Below, piece by piece: positions 14,101-24,400 of a stretch of 64,000 nucleotides of DNA. How positions within the stretch are numbered: position 1 is the first letter of the stretch; every line of letters starts with the position of its first letter. Source of the DNA: Antedon mediterranea (taxonomy: Eukaryota > Animalia > Echinodermata). A program made the position numbers and the translations under genes. Where the stretch lies: NCBI RefSeq assembly GCF_964355755.1, contig NC_092670.1:35700388-35764387 (forward strand), read 5' to 3'. Under the pieces are notes generated by a model, which saw nothing but the letters and a program-made list of their open reading frames with translations, was not told where the DNA came from and did no database searches.

Positions 14101-16860
14101 TATCCCTATTTAAATAACTCTCTATTCTACTAGACATTTGTGTCGATTTTGTGGTGGGCGGGTAACTACTGTAAATTTAAGATAGTCCTAGGAAATCAAG
14201 TGTACTCTACCACATACAGGGTACTTAAGAGAGTTGATCGTCATAGGATCGTGGTACAGTATTATTGACTTAAATTCAAATTGTGCACCGCAAGTTGTTT
14301 CTAATTTGAATCCCTGCATAGAGATAAATATCTTTATGATCTCTGTAACTTTAAAACACTGTACTTTCTATTCTTCTAGACACGTGTATTTTGTGATGGG
14401 TGGGTAACTACTGTAAATTTAAGATGGTCTTAGGTAAAAAAACAAGTATACTCAAAAGAGTAGGATCGTGGCAAAGTATTTATTGACTGTAATTCAAATT
14501 TTGTACCGCAAGTGGATGTAGCTATTTTGATCATTCATAAATGTACAGTACTGTATGTGATTGTATTTATAAAGTTTATAATATTATAATTTACTGTTAG
14601 TGGCGGTTTTCTGGATGTTGAATGTCACCAACAATAAATAGGTAAAAACCTTGAAGGTACCATAGAAAATATTAGTGACTTCACAACCCTCAACCCATCA
14701 CTTCTACAGTACATACTGTACTATATAAAATACCATTGACATTGGTGTCGACGATGCATAAAGTCAAAATGGCACTTGTAATTGGCACACAGGAAACGGC
14801 CTATAGTATAACAACCCTTCAACCAGGAAGCCTTAAACAGCTTATGAAGTCATTTACTAGCAAAACCACTGACAGCCTATTATACATTGGGGACTATGAT
14901 AATTGTGGTGTTGTGGAAGCTAATGATCTGCATGTCAAAACTATAGAACCGAATGTAAATTAATCATTTTAGCGTTTATTGCTTAGTGTTGATTATATTT
15001 AGTCAAAATTATGTTCATTACTGTTGGTCCTCGAATTTGTACGAATTACCAAATGAGGAAAATGTTGAATTGTTATGTAACAGTAGTATGGTATTAGTAC
15101 AATAATTTTCCCATTTACTAATAATGGGCAAATAATAATAAGGCTGGGACGTCCCATCGAAAGCGATTGAGTTTACTGTTGGAGTCCCCCGGGTCTTGCA
15201 TGTGTGATGAATGTGTTATTGTTTGTTTTGTAAAATCCGGAATAAATTGAATTGAATTTTCACTGTATGCTACAGTTATTAAAATGGCTAAGCAGTTCCC
15301 ACCTTGCTAGACGTTTTACAAATATGTTAGTTTAGAATTTGTACATTGTTTGGCAAACACCACAGACTCTCAACAAAATGATTGTTTGTGCGGGCTTAAC
15401 ACCACTCAGTTGCGCATCACAACTCCCACTGCAAAATACAGTTAAAAGTTAGATGAAAAATATTCAATGTTTTGCCAAGTATGTTGCATAGCTTGTTGTC
15501 CGACAGTCGACCATAGAAAACTTTACATTCGGGGAACATGCTAAAGTTTGGTTGCCACTAATTGGAAACAATGCATGGACGCAATGCATGGACGTAATGC
15601 ATGGACTTAGACGCAATGCATGGACGCAATGCATGGACGCAATGCATGGACGTAGACGTAATGCATGGACGTAGACGTAATGCATGGACGTAGACGTAAT
15701 GCATGGACGTAGACGTAATGCATGGACGTAGACGTAATGCATGGACGTAGACGTAATGCATGGACGTAGACGTAATGCATGGACGTAGACGTAATGCATG
15801 GACGTAGACGTAATGCATGGACGTAGACGTAATGCATGGACGTAGACGTAATGCATGGACGTAGACGTAATGCATGGACGTAGACGTAATGCATGGACGT
15901 AGACGTAATGCATGGACGTAGACGTAATGCATGGACGTAGACGTAATGCATGGACGTAGACGTAATGCATGGACGTAGACGTAATGCATGGACGTAGACG
16001 TAATGCATGGACGTAGACGTAATGCATGGACGTAGACGTAATGCATGGACGTAGACGTAATGCATGGACGTAGACGTAATGCATGGACGTAGACGTAATG
16101 CATGGACGTGGACGTAGACGTAATGCATGGACGTGGACGTAGACGCAACGCAAGTGAGTTGACCAATCACAAGCGACAGTTTAGATGGTTTATCACATTG
16201 TGATTGGTCAGTGCACGGCTTCGTCCTTGCGTTGAGTCAAAGCGGGAATATAAATTAAAATAAGAAATTATATGTACTGTACAGCCGACCTGACAGAGCC
16301 TTTGTAATAGCACTTCTTACTAGTAGGCCTAGTAGAGTACAGGTAGTTAGTAGGACTTAACAGAAGTCTAAAAAAAGTAGCTTTAGTTTACACTAGCCTA
16401 GCCTAGAGCATGTATAGTTAGGCCCAGTCTAGCCTAGGCCTAGTTTTTAACTAGAAAATTTGTTCCTTACAATACATATCACCTCAACAAAAATCTTTCG
16501 TTGACAGCCGTAAACAATTAAATGTTGATTTACATATACTAAATAGGCCTAGGCCTATTGCAAAATATGAAAGAAGTAGGCCTATCTATGCCGATGGTAC
16601 TGTGGGATATTTGAATTTGCTGTTAGGTCATGAGTGAGCCACTACCTCATAGCCTTGACTACACCCTTCATACTGCAAACCCATTAATATTTAGGCCTAG
16701 AACCTAGGCCTACTATCTTGCCGTGATCACACCAACTTACCGAATGGTTTATGCCCCACATCAAAACAGACAGCAGAGGATCGCTTGCTCGGAAGAGCTT
16801 AACTTTCTGCGACACAGCTTTGATGTGCTTTTTCTTCATATTTTTCAATCCCTGCGACAT
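2156..16860 (-). CDS. PIP4K2: Phosphatidylinositol 5-phosphate 4-kinase type 2 (9 coding exons, 399 aa)
   Basis: GT-AG exons with consistent phases: 16741-16860, 13958-14055, 8761-8857, 6819-6971, 6330-6515, 5592-5705, 4804-5050, 3207-3310, 2156-2236 (1200 nt). Motifs: [105 protein letters not shown]. The GAEIS activation loop indicates type II (PIP4K). Confidence 0.97.
2441..2599. mobile_element. ~160-bp MITE family A (TIR AGCTCTGTCTACACTATCAAAC)
   Basis: Terminal inverted repeats and internal doubled GCCCAAATATGGTAGTGATAT-like unit; about 10 further copies in the window. Superfamily uncertain (T/A-rich flanks). Confidence 0.85.
2680..3125 (+). mobile_element. Degraded 3' end of a non-LTR retrotransposon (tentative)
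   Basis: Short decayed coding-like stretch ([11 protein letters not shown]) followed by a T-rich 3' UTR ending ATTCAGCCGTTGGCTGC...AATAAA; pattern recognition only. Confidence 0.35.
6125..6285. mobile_element. MITE family A copy
   Basis: AGCTCTGTCTGCACTATCAAAC ... TTTGATAGTGTAGACAGAGCT, 45 bp from the PIP4K2 exon 5 donor. Confidence 0.85.
7027..7091 (+). pseudogene. 5S rRNA-derived fragment (pseudogene or SINE3 head)
   Basis: GGGTCTGGTTAGAGCTTGGATGGGAGACC...CGGGTGCTGTA resembles the 3' half (box C region) of animal 5S rRNA; the 5' half is absent. Confidence 0.7.
9476..9786. mobile_element. MITE family A copy plus partial tandem duplicate
   Basis: Full copy 9476-9608; internal/right portion repeated ~9640-9786. 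Confidence 0.75.
10733..11390 (+). mobile_element. Helentron-associated (HINE/DINE-1-like) non-autonomous element, copy 1
   Basis: 5' ACCTCCGCCAAGGAGGT subTIR/hairpin, (GTTT)n microsatellite, 3' GGCGGAG...CTAGTT; near-identical inverted copy at 51492-52165. Confidence 0.75.
12062..12687 (+). mobile_element. 626-bp Kolobok-like MITE (family K1)
   Basis: TTAA on both sides (12058-12061, 12688-12691), AG...CT termini, imperfect 15-bp TIR AGCCCCATTCCCTAC / GCAGGGAAGGGGTCT; copies at ~35724-36346 and 59605-60230. Confidence 0.85.
13703..13940. mobile_element. Inverted-repeat element, possibly DIRS-derived non-autonomous
   Basis: TACCTGGATAAACCAACAAT..CTTTCTCCTCAAAGA / TCTTTGAGGAGAAAG..ATTGTTGGTTTATCCAGGTA inverted arms; the end GTTGGTTTATCCAGGTA.GCTAGGCACGAAATA recurs at ~10471-10503. 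DIRS assignment is inference. Confidence 0.55.
14118..14520. repeat. Local diverged direct duplication (~245-bp spacing)
   Basis: TCTATTCT.CTAGACA...GGGTAACTACTGTAAATTTAAGAT...TAGGATCGTGG...AATTCAAATT...ACCGCAAGT occurs at ~14120 and ~14367. Confidence 0.75.
15570..16150. repeat. 19-bp minisatellite (ATGCATGGACGTAGACGTA)n inside a MITE family B remnant
   Basis: About 25 perfect 19-bp units, 13-bp units on the left and 25-bp units on the right; explains the three repetitive ORFs at 15464-16170. Confidence 0.95.
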
Positions 16861-17015
16861 GGCGCAGATCTTTTTGTTGTTCACACAGTATTATGAAATT
16901 TAAAAACACGCGAAATGGCAAATTTGCAACAGGCAAACCCAGCCTTGTTTGTTTTGTTTTTCCAACTGTAGTGTTAGGCCTACACCCTTCTTTCCAATCA
17001 CAAGATGGCAGCGTC
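16861..17015 (-). promoter_or_regulatory. Likely PIP4K2 5' UTR / proximal promoter
   Basis: Directly upstream of GCCATG; CCAAT at ~16994 and YY1-like AAGATGGCAGCG at ~17002; locally CpG-retaining. Confidence 0.45.
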
Positions 17016-18733
17016 CGTGTGTACTGCTGATGAGACTTTCGAACAGCATTAGAAAATAAAATACTGTGTACAAAATTACAATACCCACAATACTGGTAAT
17101 TGAATGCTGCCATCACCGTCACAAGATTAAGTTTATTTCCAGAATATAATGTTTCGAGAACTAATATTTAATGTAATAATAATGTAATTTTAATCTCTTT
17201 TTTTTTCATTAAATTACATTAAAAAAAAACAATATTTTCCATAATAAACACGGTTTAAAAATCAATGTACTAGAGATGGATACTGGTAAGAAGAGAGATG
17301 AACTACCGTAGCTGTCACATTCACATAAAGTTTATATGGAGGAATTTAGTCTTAAATAAGTTTGGATATGTCCCGTGACTAAGTAAACGGCTCCCTGACC
17401 TTGTATAGCCTTGAAAATGTAGGCTGTGATGAAAAATATTGGATTTCTAAAAAAGGAAAATAAAAAAACCAAAAACTTTTGTGCATTAGAACCCATATCA
17501 GATGTGACCAGTAATTGGACTGGGGACGGGGGAGGGGGAGGGGTTGTGTGGGTAGGGTTCAACATCTGAACAATGTATAGATACTTTGAAACAGCTTTAA
17601 AACAACATTGTAATCAAATTCAAAATTGAATTATATTAATTAATGTTAAAGTATTTTGGTAACAAGTTTAGCTAATTAATAAGCTCTTTTGTAAACTTTC
17701 ATTGTGATTACCACCAACACGAAACATTTAAAAAACTTTATTTAAATGTTATTTTTAAATTGTTTTCTTCACTAATCACTTAATAACCATGATTATGATA
17801 ATTTTTTTAAGTAATTCTAGATCAATTATTAAATAATGAACTGTTATATAGGCCTATATTGAGAGTTAATTTAACTAAATCAAATGTTGAAATGGGCACC
17901 AGGAATTAAAGCAGGAGAACGTACTAAATTTTCATTATAAAAAGAAGATAACAAAAACATTATATTGCTAATTGGCCGACACTTTTTGTACAATTTATTT
18001 TCGGTTCAATTTTTGAATACCTACATTGTCCCTAAATTAAAAAAGTCGGTCATTTTTAACCAAGTAATAATGTGTATTGTGGACCATTATACATATTCAT
18101 ACACTTGTCGTACCAATCAAATTTTGAGTTTTTTTAGGAAAAATTTAACTGTAGGAAAAACAGCTTTACTGTTACCTATACAATTTCAAAATAGTGAACT
18201 ACAAAATGTGACATTTGGCGATTAGTTGGCGAATGCAAATTATAAACTGTAGAGTCACATTGCAATAGTGTTATGCAAGTATAGTTAGCTAAACTTTTGT
18301 TTCCACATCTATCCTTCCAATTTAGGCCTAGGCCTATTACAATTAAAAGCAGAGAATAATATGATTAGGCCTATATATTTTTTCATTATCAAATCTTACA
18401 AAAATAAAACAATTAACTAACATGATGCGGTTTTAAGATGCTTTGTCCCCCAAAGAACATGAAAAATGAAGATGACTGAAATCAGACTTTAAATATAGGC
18501 TAGGCCTGTGTCATTTAGTTTTGATAAAGTTTCGTAGAAAAAAAAATGTTTTCAATTATAAAAAGACCGAGAATTTGAATTTTAACCTAAAACCCGTTGG
18601 TTGCCAGTTTTTCAGTCGGCCTAAATAATTTTTCTTTGATCCAATTTTTGGTAAAGTGAATAACTAGTATAACAATTTTGTTTTAAAAATTTGAAAAATA
18701 CTGTTTCAGGGAGACAATATCTACAGTAAGCCT

Positions 18734-18962
18734 ATGTCTATTGGTGAGACGCGGCACAATGTATCACCACATGGCTCTCTCACCAACGAAATTCAACGGG
18801 AAAACCCCCCACCACCAGAGAGAGAGCGGGCCCGGCGGCCGGCTCCAGAGGGGGTTGTAAGTCCAGAGGGCGGTATACCATTTTCTAAATCATGGCGGCT
18901 TAATAATTGGCTGTATAATTATTTATGGGTAAGAGTGGAAATTGATTTTGTTAATCTTATTG
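18734..18962 (+). promoter_or_regulatory. GC-rich promoter / putative first exon of SCAP
   Basis: GC/CpG-rich island, inverted CCAAT (ATTGG ~18740), YY1-like CATGGCGGC (~18891), strong donor G|GTAAGT at 18962/18963; the next SCAP exon begins with an acceptor at 21374. Confidence 0.55.
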
Positions 18963-20080
18963 GTAAGTTGTAACGATGATTTTGACATCATCACCCTTGT
19001 AATATAAAGTTTACAAACATGATAATGCCGTCTTTTAGAATGATTTACACAGGTCTGAGGGTTAACATAGATCGAGTCTAGCTAGCTAGAGGCCTACTAC
19101 TAGTCTATTAGGCCTAGCCTAGGCTAGCCCTAGCTAGGCCTAGGCCAAGCCAGGCCCTAGGCCTAGATCATAGATGGACCAGAGAGGCCCACACACTCTG
19201 TGGCTGTGGCCCTCACCCTAAGAACAGGTGGTGCCCATCCCTTCATCCTAGCTAGAAGAGATGCATAGGCCTACATTAGCCTACTAGATGACGTTTATGG
19301 ACTGTGTTGTGGTATTAAATCATGGGAGTGATTGACTAGACCTAGAGGGTAGCCTAGAACTAGGAGAAGCTTTAATGCCAACCGACGTGACAGCAAAAAG
19401 CAGAATGTATTTAAATTATTATAACTTAAGTTAAGTTGCCTAATATTTGATAAGATTTTGATATTAAGTTAAAACTTAAGTTCATGATAATCAACATCAT
19501 TTTAATAAAAATACATCCAGCGCTACTGCAGTTTCGCAACGTTTATATCTGTAACTAAAACTGACTCTAAAATAAAATTTAAATTATATTTAAAATTTAG
19601 CCAAATTTCCGAAAAGGTGTGATAATGCCAAAATTTTAACGACATTTCAGTTTCCTGCATAAATGATGAATCCGTATCGTCATGTCATGATGACTGACTT
19701 TTGTTTGATTATTAATACCACCAGTAGAAACCAAAATATGTAATTCAGTACTCAATATAAATTATATTATTACCAGACTATATTCATCATGCTGGTACAT
19801 ATAGCTGTAGAACTACAAAGATATTGAAAACAGTTTCGTAATACTTGACCATTGACACTCCTGACAGGCTGGTGAGAACCATGTCCTGAAAATACTTAGA
19901 ATTTACTATAACTTTTTGTATCATTTCTCTATACAGTTAGTCCCTCAAGTATAGACATCCATAACCATAAAACTAATAAATACCATACACCCTGTCACCT
20001 ACTGTAATCAACCTCTCCCAAAAATATAATATTAATAATAATACGAATAATTATTCATTGCCTACAGTAGATATCACTTA

Positions 20081-20270
20081 AGGGTATTTCACATCTATAC
20101 CGGCACGGTTCCTGGTCCGACGAATTCAACGTCAATGTTTCGTTTTCACGATGCCACGATCACGGCTATACGACAATCAATAGGCACATAGCTGCATAAA
20201 AATGAAACAGTGACGTTCGATTGGATTTATCAATGCCGGAACTGTGCCTTAACAGGTGTGAAAAGACCCT
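20081..20270. mobile_element. MITE family C (TIR AGGG..TTTCACA.CT)
   Basis: AGGGTATTTCACATCT ... AGGTGTGAAAAGACCCT; related element at 28354-28528. Confidence 0.6.
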
Positions 20271-21186
20271 TTAGGGTGAACCTAACTCTTCCTAACCTAA
20301 TATTCCCTGTTCTAGAGTACAAGTGCATTAGTGGTGGTACTATACTGAGAGTGAGACTTGTGTATATTTTAATAATAATTGTGTAGTGTTTTAATAGGAT
20401 TGTACTGCATGAAACTAGACTTTATGGTCCCGTCTAAAAATGAAAAGTACTGTATATGACCATCTGCAAACAAATTCTATACTTGTAAATATCATATTAA
20501 AAGGTGTATTAATCCAATCCAATGTTACAAAATACCACTGGTCTTGACAGAACATTAAATAACATAACTCTTCTGATATTTTAATGGCCATTCCAAGAAT
20601 GTAATGTGATGCATGTTTAATATCAGCGCTACTGTTAATAGTAAAAACATAGCATGGTTCTGTGTTAAGACAATATCGGTTATTGTTTATAAACTTTTCC
20701 GGTAGTGGCGTTGTAGGATTTACAGGACAGGTAACAAGATTCCACAACATTGGAGACAATGGTGCATCTGCTGGTACTGCTCAAACTACTTAAAACTCTT
20801 ACTTTTGTGTATGAAAACCAATTCATTTAAGAATCTGCAGTCGGTTACCAACAAATCAACATGGAAAATATATAGTTTTTTTTTGTGGAAAATATATAAC
20901 AATATGTTTAGGAACAAGCACAGTTTTGGGTTTCGCAAGCCTAGGTCTAGGTTATTGAATTATCGGTTTTTCAAATGCCCGAATGCACAGAAAAGACATA
21001 TTGAGCGTTTTAGCAGTGATGGTATTTTTGAGCAGTGGATGGCTTATCGTATGTATTTTTACCATAACTAAGTTCTCATTTCATACTTGAACCTACTCCC
21101 TCCAGATTACAAAACGGGAATCATACTTTTAAACAACCACGCTTGTAACATTTTTGTCACTAATGAAATTTATTATTCTATACTTC

Positions 21187-21327
21187 AGCTCTGTCTACAC
21201 TATCAAACTAGTTTGACTAAATGTGGTAATGATATGCCCAAATATGGTATTGATATGACATCATCATGTCCATATGAGGCACATCACATTTTTTTGTCAC
21301 ATAAAATTTGATAGTGTAAACAGAGCT
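21187..21327. mobile_element. MITE family A copy
   Basis: TIRs as above; lies just upstream of the SCAP exon acceptor at 21374. Confidence 0.85.
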
Positions 21328-21462
21328 TACATTTCTGATGATTGATAGTAACATTTGTTTGTCTATTTTTCAGATGATTTAAGAAACCACAATAATCAGA
21401 TCAATAGTAAGGATTTCTTTAGCTGGGTGGAAGATGAATATCCACTTGTCGATTTGCTCAAG

Positions 21463-24400
21463 ATGGTGATGCAAGATGTCCGAGATCTGGTAGCGAGAGC
21501 CTACTATCGACATGGCCTCTTCTGTTCCAGCCACCCTTTGGCTATCATTGTATCGGTTGGATTAGTGATTTTTCTCTGCGCGTAAGTTACAATCCTCCTG
21601 TCCTAATTTCTTTGTACCATAGATGTGATCTACAGATATTCTACCAAATAGGGAGCCACCTCTTTCAATTAAGGACAGGCTACTCACCTATAATGTTGGA
21701 GGAGACATAAAAGTAAAACTCTGTTAGAAACCAAAAACCTGTAAGACCATCTTTATACTAATTTCTAATGGCATTTTAGTAAGGGATTGGGAAGCATAGG
21801 TTCGAATCTGTCTTTTTAATATTGATTGTAGCCTTAGACACTCGCTTCTCACATTGCATTGTCCTTTGGATCAGATGTATTGTACCATTTACATACGTTC
21901 ATTAGAGAACTTGGGAGCTGCCCAGCTGCCATGGGACCATAGAGAGATTGGGCTACAGTATCACTGAAGCATAGATTCGAGTTTTAGATACTCTTCTCGC
22001 ATTGCATACTCCTTCGGATGAGGATGAGATGTATCGTTTACATATGTTCATTTTAAACGTGGTGGACTAGTCCACTGTACTGCCAGCTGCCATGGGATTA
22101 TACATAGAGCCTAATCTGAATGTTCTCAAGTCAAAAATAAAGATGTTAATAGTTACATTTACACATTTTTTTTTACTGCAGATCACCAATGGTCAAGCTA
22201 CCAATTGCTAGCAATGCTCCCCATGTGTATATGACACCAGCTGAGGGGTTTAGCATACCGCAACATCAGGCTGATTCAACTAAGCCAGATGTTGATTCTA
22301 GCACTGACCCACAGGTCAAACCTCGTTGGGTAAATATTGATCCATTAAATTACAGTTCTGGGACACATACAAATCTGTCTGTATTTAAGAAAACTTATAA
22401 TTTGTCCAAATTTTAAGTTGTGTCATGTAAATCCTATATTTGTGTCCGACATGCATTTCTGTTCGCAAAACAAACATACCCAAGATGCTCCACATAAACA
22501 AAGTCTTATTACAAGTCTTTGAGAGTGGAGTGGAGTAATTTGTCATTAGAAACAATCCTTACATATGACAGGACTTGAACGCAGGACCCTTGGATTGGTA
22601 GCCAAGTATCATAACCACAACTCTATTTCTGTATTTAAAATAAACATATCGTTGCCTTTTCTTTATATAGTTTGTTGGTTCTCCGTTAGCCTTTGTTCAG
22701 CAGTTTGTCGTTAGGGCTAAGGTGTCCCCGTGGCATGGTGATTTAACAGCAGAAGATGCATTCCGTGCACCTTTATCCAGAGCATTTCAGATTGTTAATG
22801 ATATCAATCAATATCAAGATAAGTCAGGGTAAGCCATTCATACTGTACATACATTTCTTTCAATTTTTTTTATGGGGAATACTGTATATAAAGCTTGGTT
22901 CCCACTAGGATGCAATACAAGGACATAAGTGCAACACAAGTTATCATTGTCATTTGCTTGAGCTTGCATCCTAGTGGGAACCAAGCTTTAGCTAGTGTTT
23001 GTGGTTTAGTTGGCTTATTATATTTGTTTTATAGATTTATTGACAATTAGACGTTTTAAAATGTATTGAACACAATAAATAACATCGTAATTTAAAAGTT
23101 AAAATATATAAGTTTCCACTAAAAAATAAATGGAAAAAGTGCCTCGCCAACATGTTAAGTGAGAGTTTTTGTTTCTCTTAAGTTCTATCTAGACTATCAA
23201 ACTAGTTTGACAAAAAAAGTGTGATGTACCTAAATACGGTAGTGATATGCCCAAATAAAGTTTTGATGGTGTAAACAGAGCTTAATGTTGAGTATGCAAG
23301 TAAATATAATGTGTTACTAAAAATAAATAAATATGCATATTTGTTCTTCAGCGTGCCTATACAATCGTTTTGTTTGTATGTGCTTGATGTACACAATCCT
23401 TCTGAATTGGCTGGCATCCTTCCCGAGCATGGATGTCTTGTAATCTCACCAGCTGCCCTCTGGAAGAATGATTTAAAAGAGTTTTCGGAAGACAATGATC
23501 TAGTAGAAACAATTTATAGGCATTTAAAAAAGAAATCAATTGAAGCAACTAATATTAAAGGTAAATTATATCAAAACCTATTTTTGTAATTTTTTATCTT
23601 TATGTTTTTTTTCTTGTATAGTTTGTCTGGAGTTGGAGAGACATGCCCTTTGGCGATAGTTGGATTTGAAAGCTCTTGTCTCTCCTCAGAGCTCCCTTTT
23701 TATGTTTCACTAAAAGGAATAAATAAACCAGATATCAGCTCAGATATTTAATACCAAACTTTCTATTGAATATGGAAATACAATTTTGAGGTTATAATTT
23801 TTATTATACAAATAATGAATGTTATTAGTGCAATGGTACAAATAATTTCATGAAGTAAACGATGAAATGATGATGAAAAAAAGGAATATTACACCATTAT
23901 TAAATAGTACGTACTATTGCATGTCATGTGACTCACAACCGTCCAATCAAAGGACAGGAATTTATTTAGGTGTTAATATAATACCCTTTATTTAATTATG
24001 AATATTTCTACTATACATCTTTATTAAAAATATTATGTTGTTGTTTTACAGATGTATTGTTTGGCATACCCAGCAAGTACAGTGGAATTAATAGGTTTTA
24101 TATTCGCAGCAGACAGAGACTAATTACGTATGCTGTTACGTTAGTACTGAAATCATACAATGAAAGGTAACGTATACTTTCATTGTGACGGAGTTGGTGT
24201 ACACATTTGCCATGTCATGATCTTTACATGTGAATTCATGGGTTCAAATCACCTCATCTTCACTCCATATTCAATCCTTAAAGAACTGTAACATATCAAC
24301 TTTTTTTTTCTCTTAATCAAATTTCAAATTTATTTATCAAACGGAACATTCTAAACCAACAAGCAAATTTAAGTATTGAATAAAACAATAAAGAAGGCCA

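Noticed and set aside
15464-16170. Three long overlapping ORFs (187-229 aa)
   Set aside because: Translations of a stop-free 19-bp tandem repeat within an intron.
18761-18775. SRE-like ATCACCACAT upstream of SCAP
   Set aside because: Two mismatches to TCACNCCAC; too weak to call.
20415-21090. ORFs of 114 and 88 aa in SCAP intron 1
   Set aside because: No recognisable motif or splice structure; possibly decayed transposon sequence.
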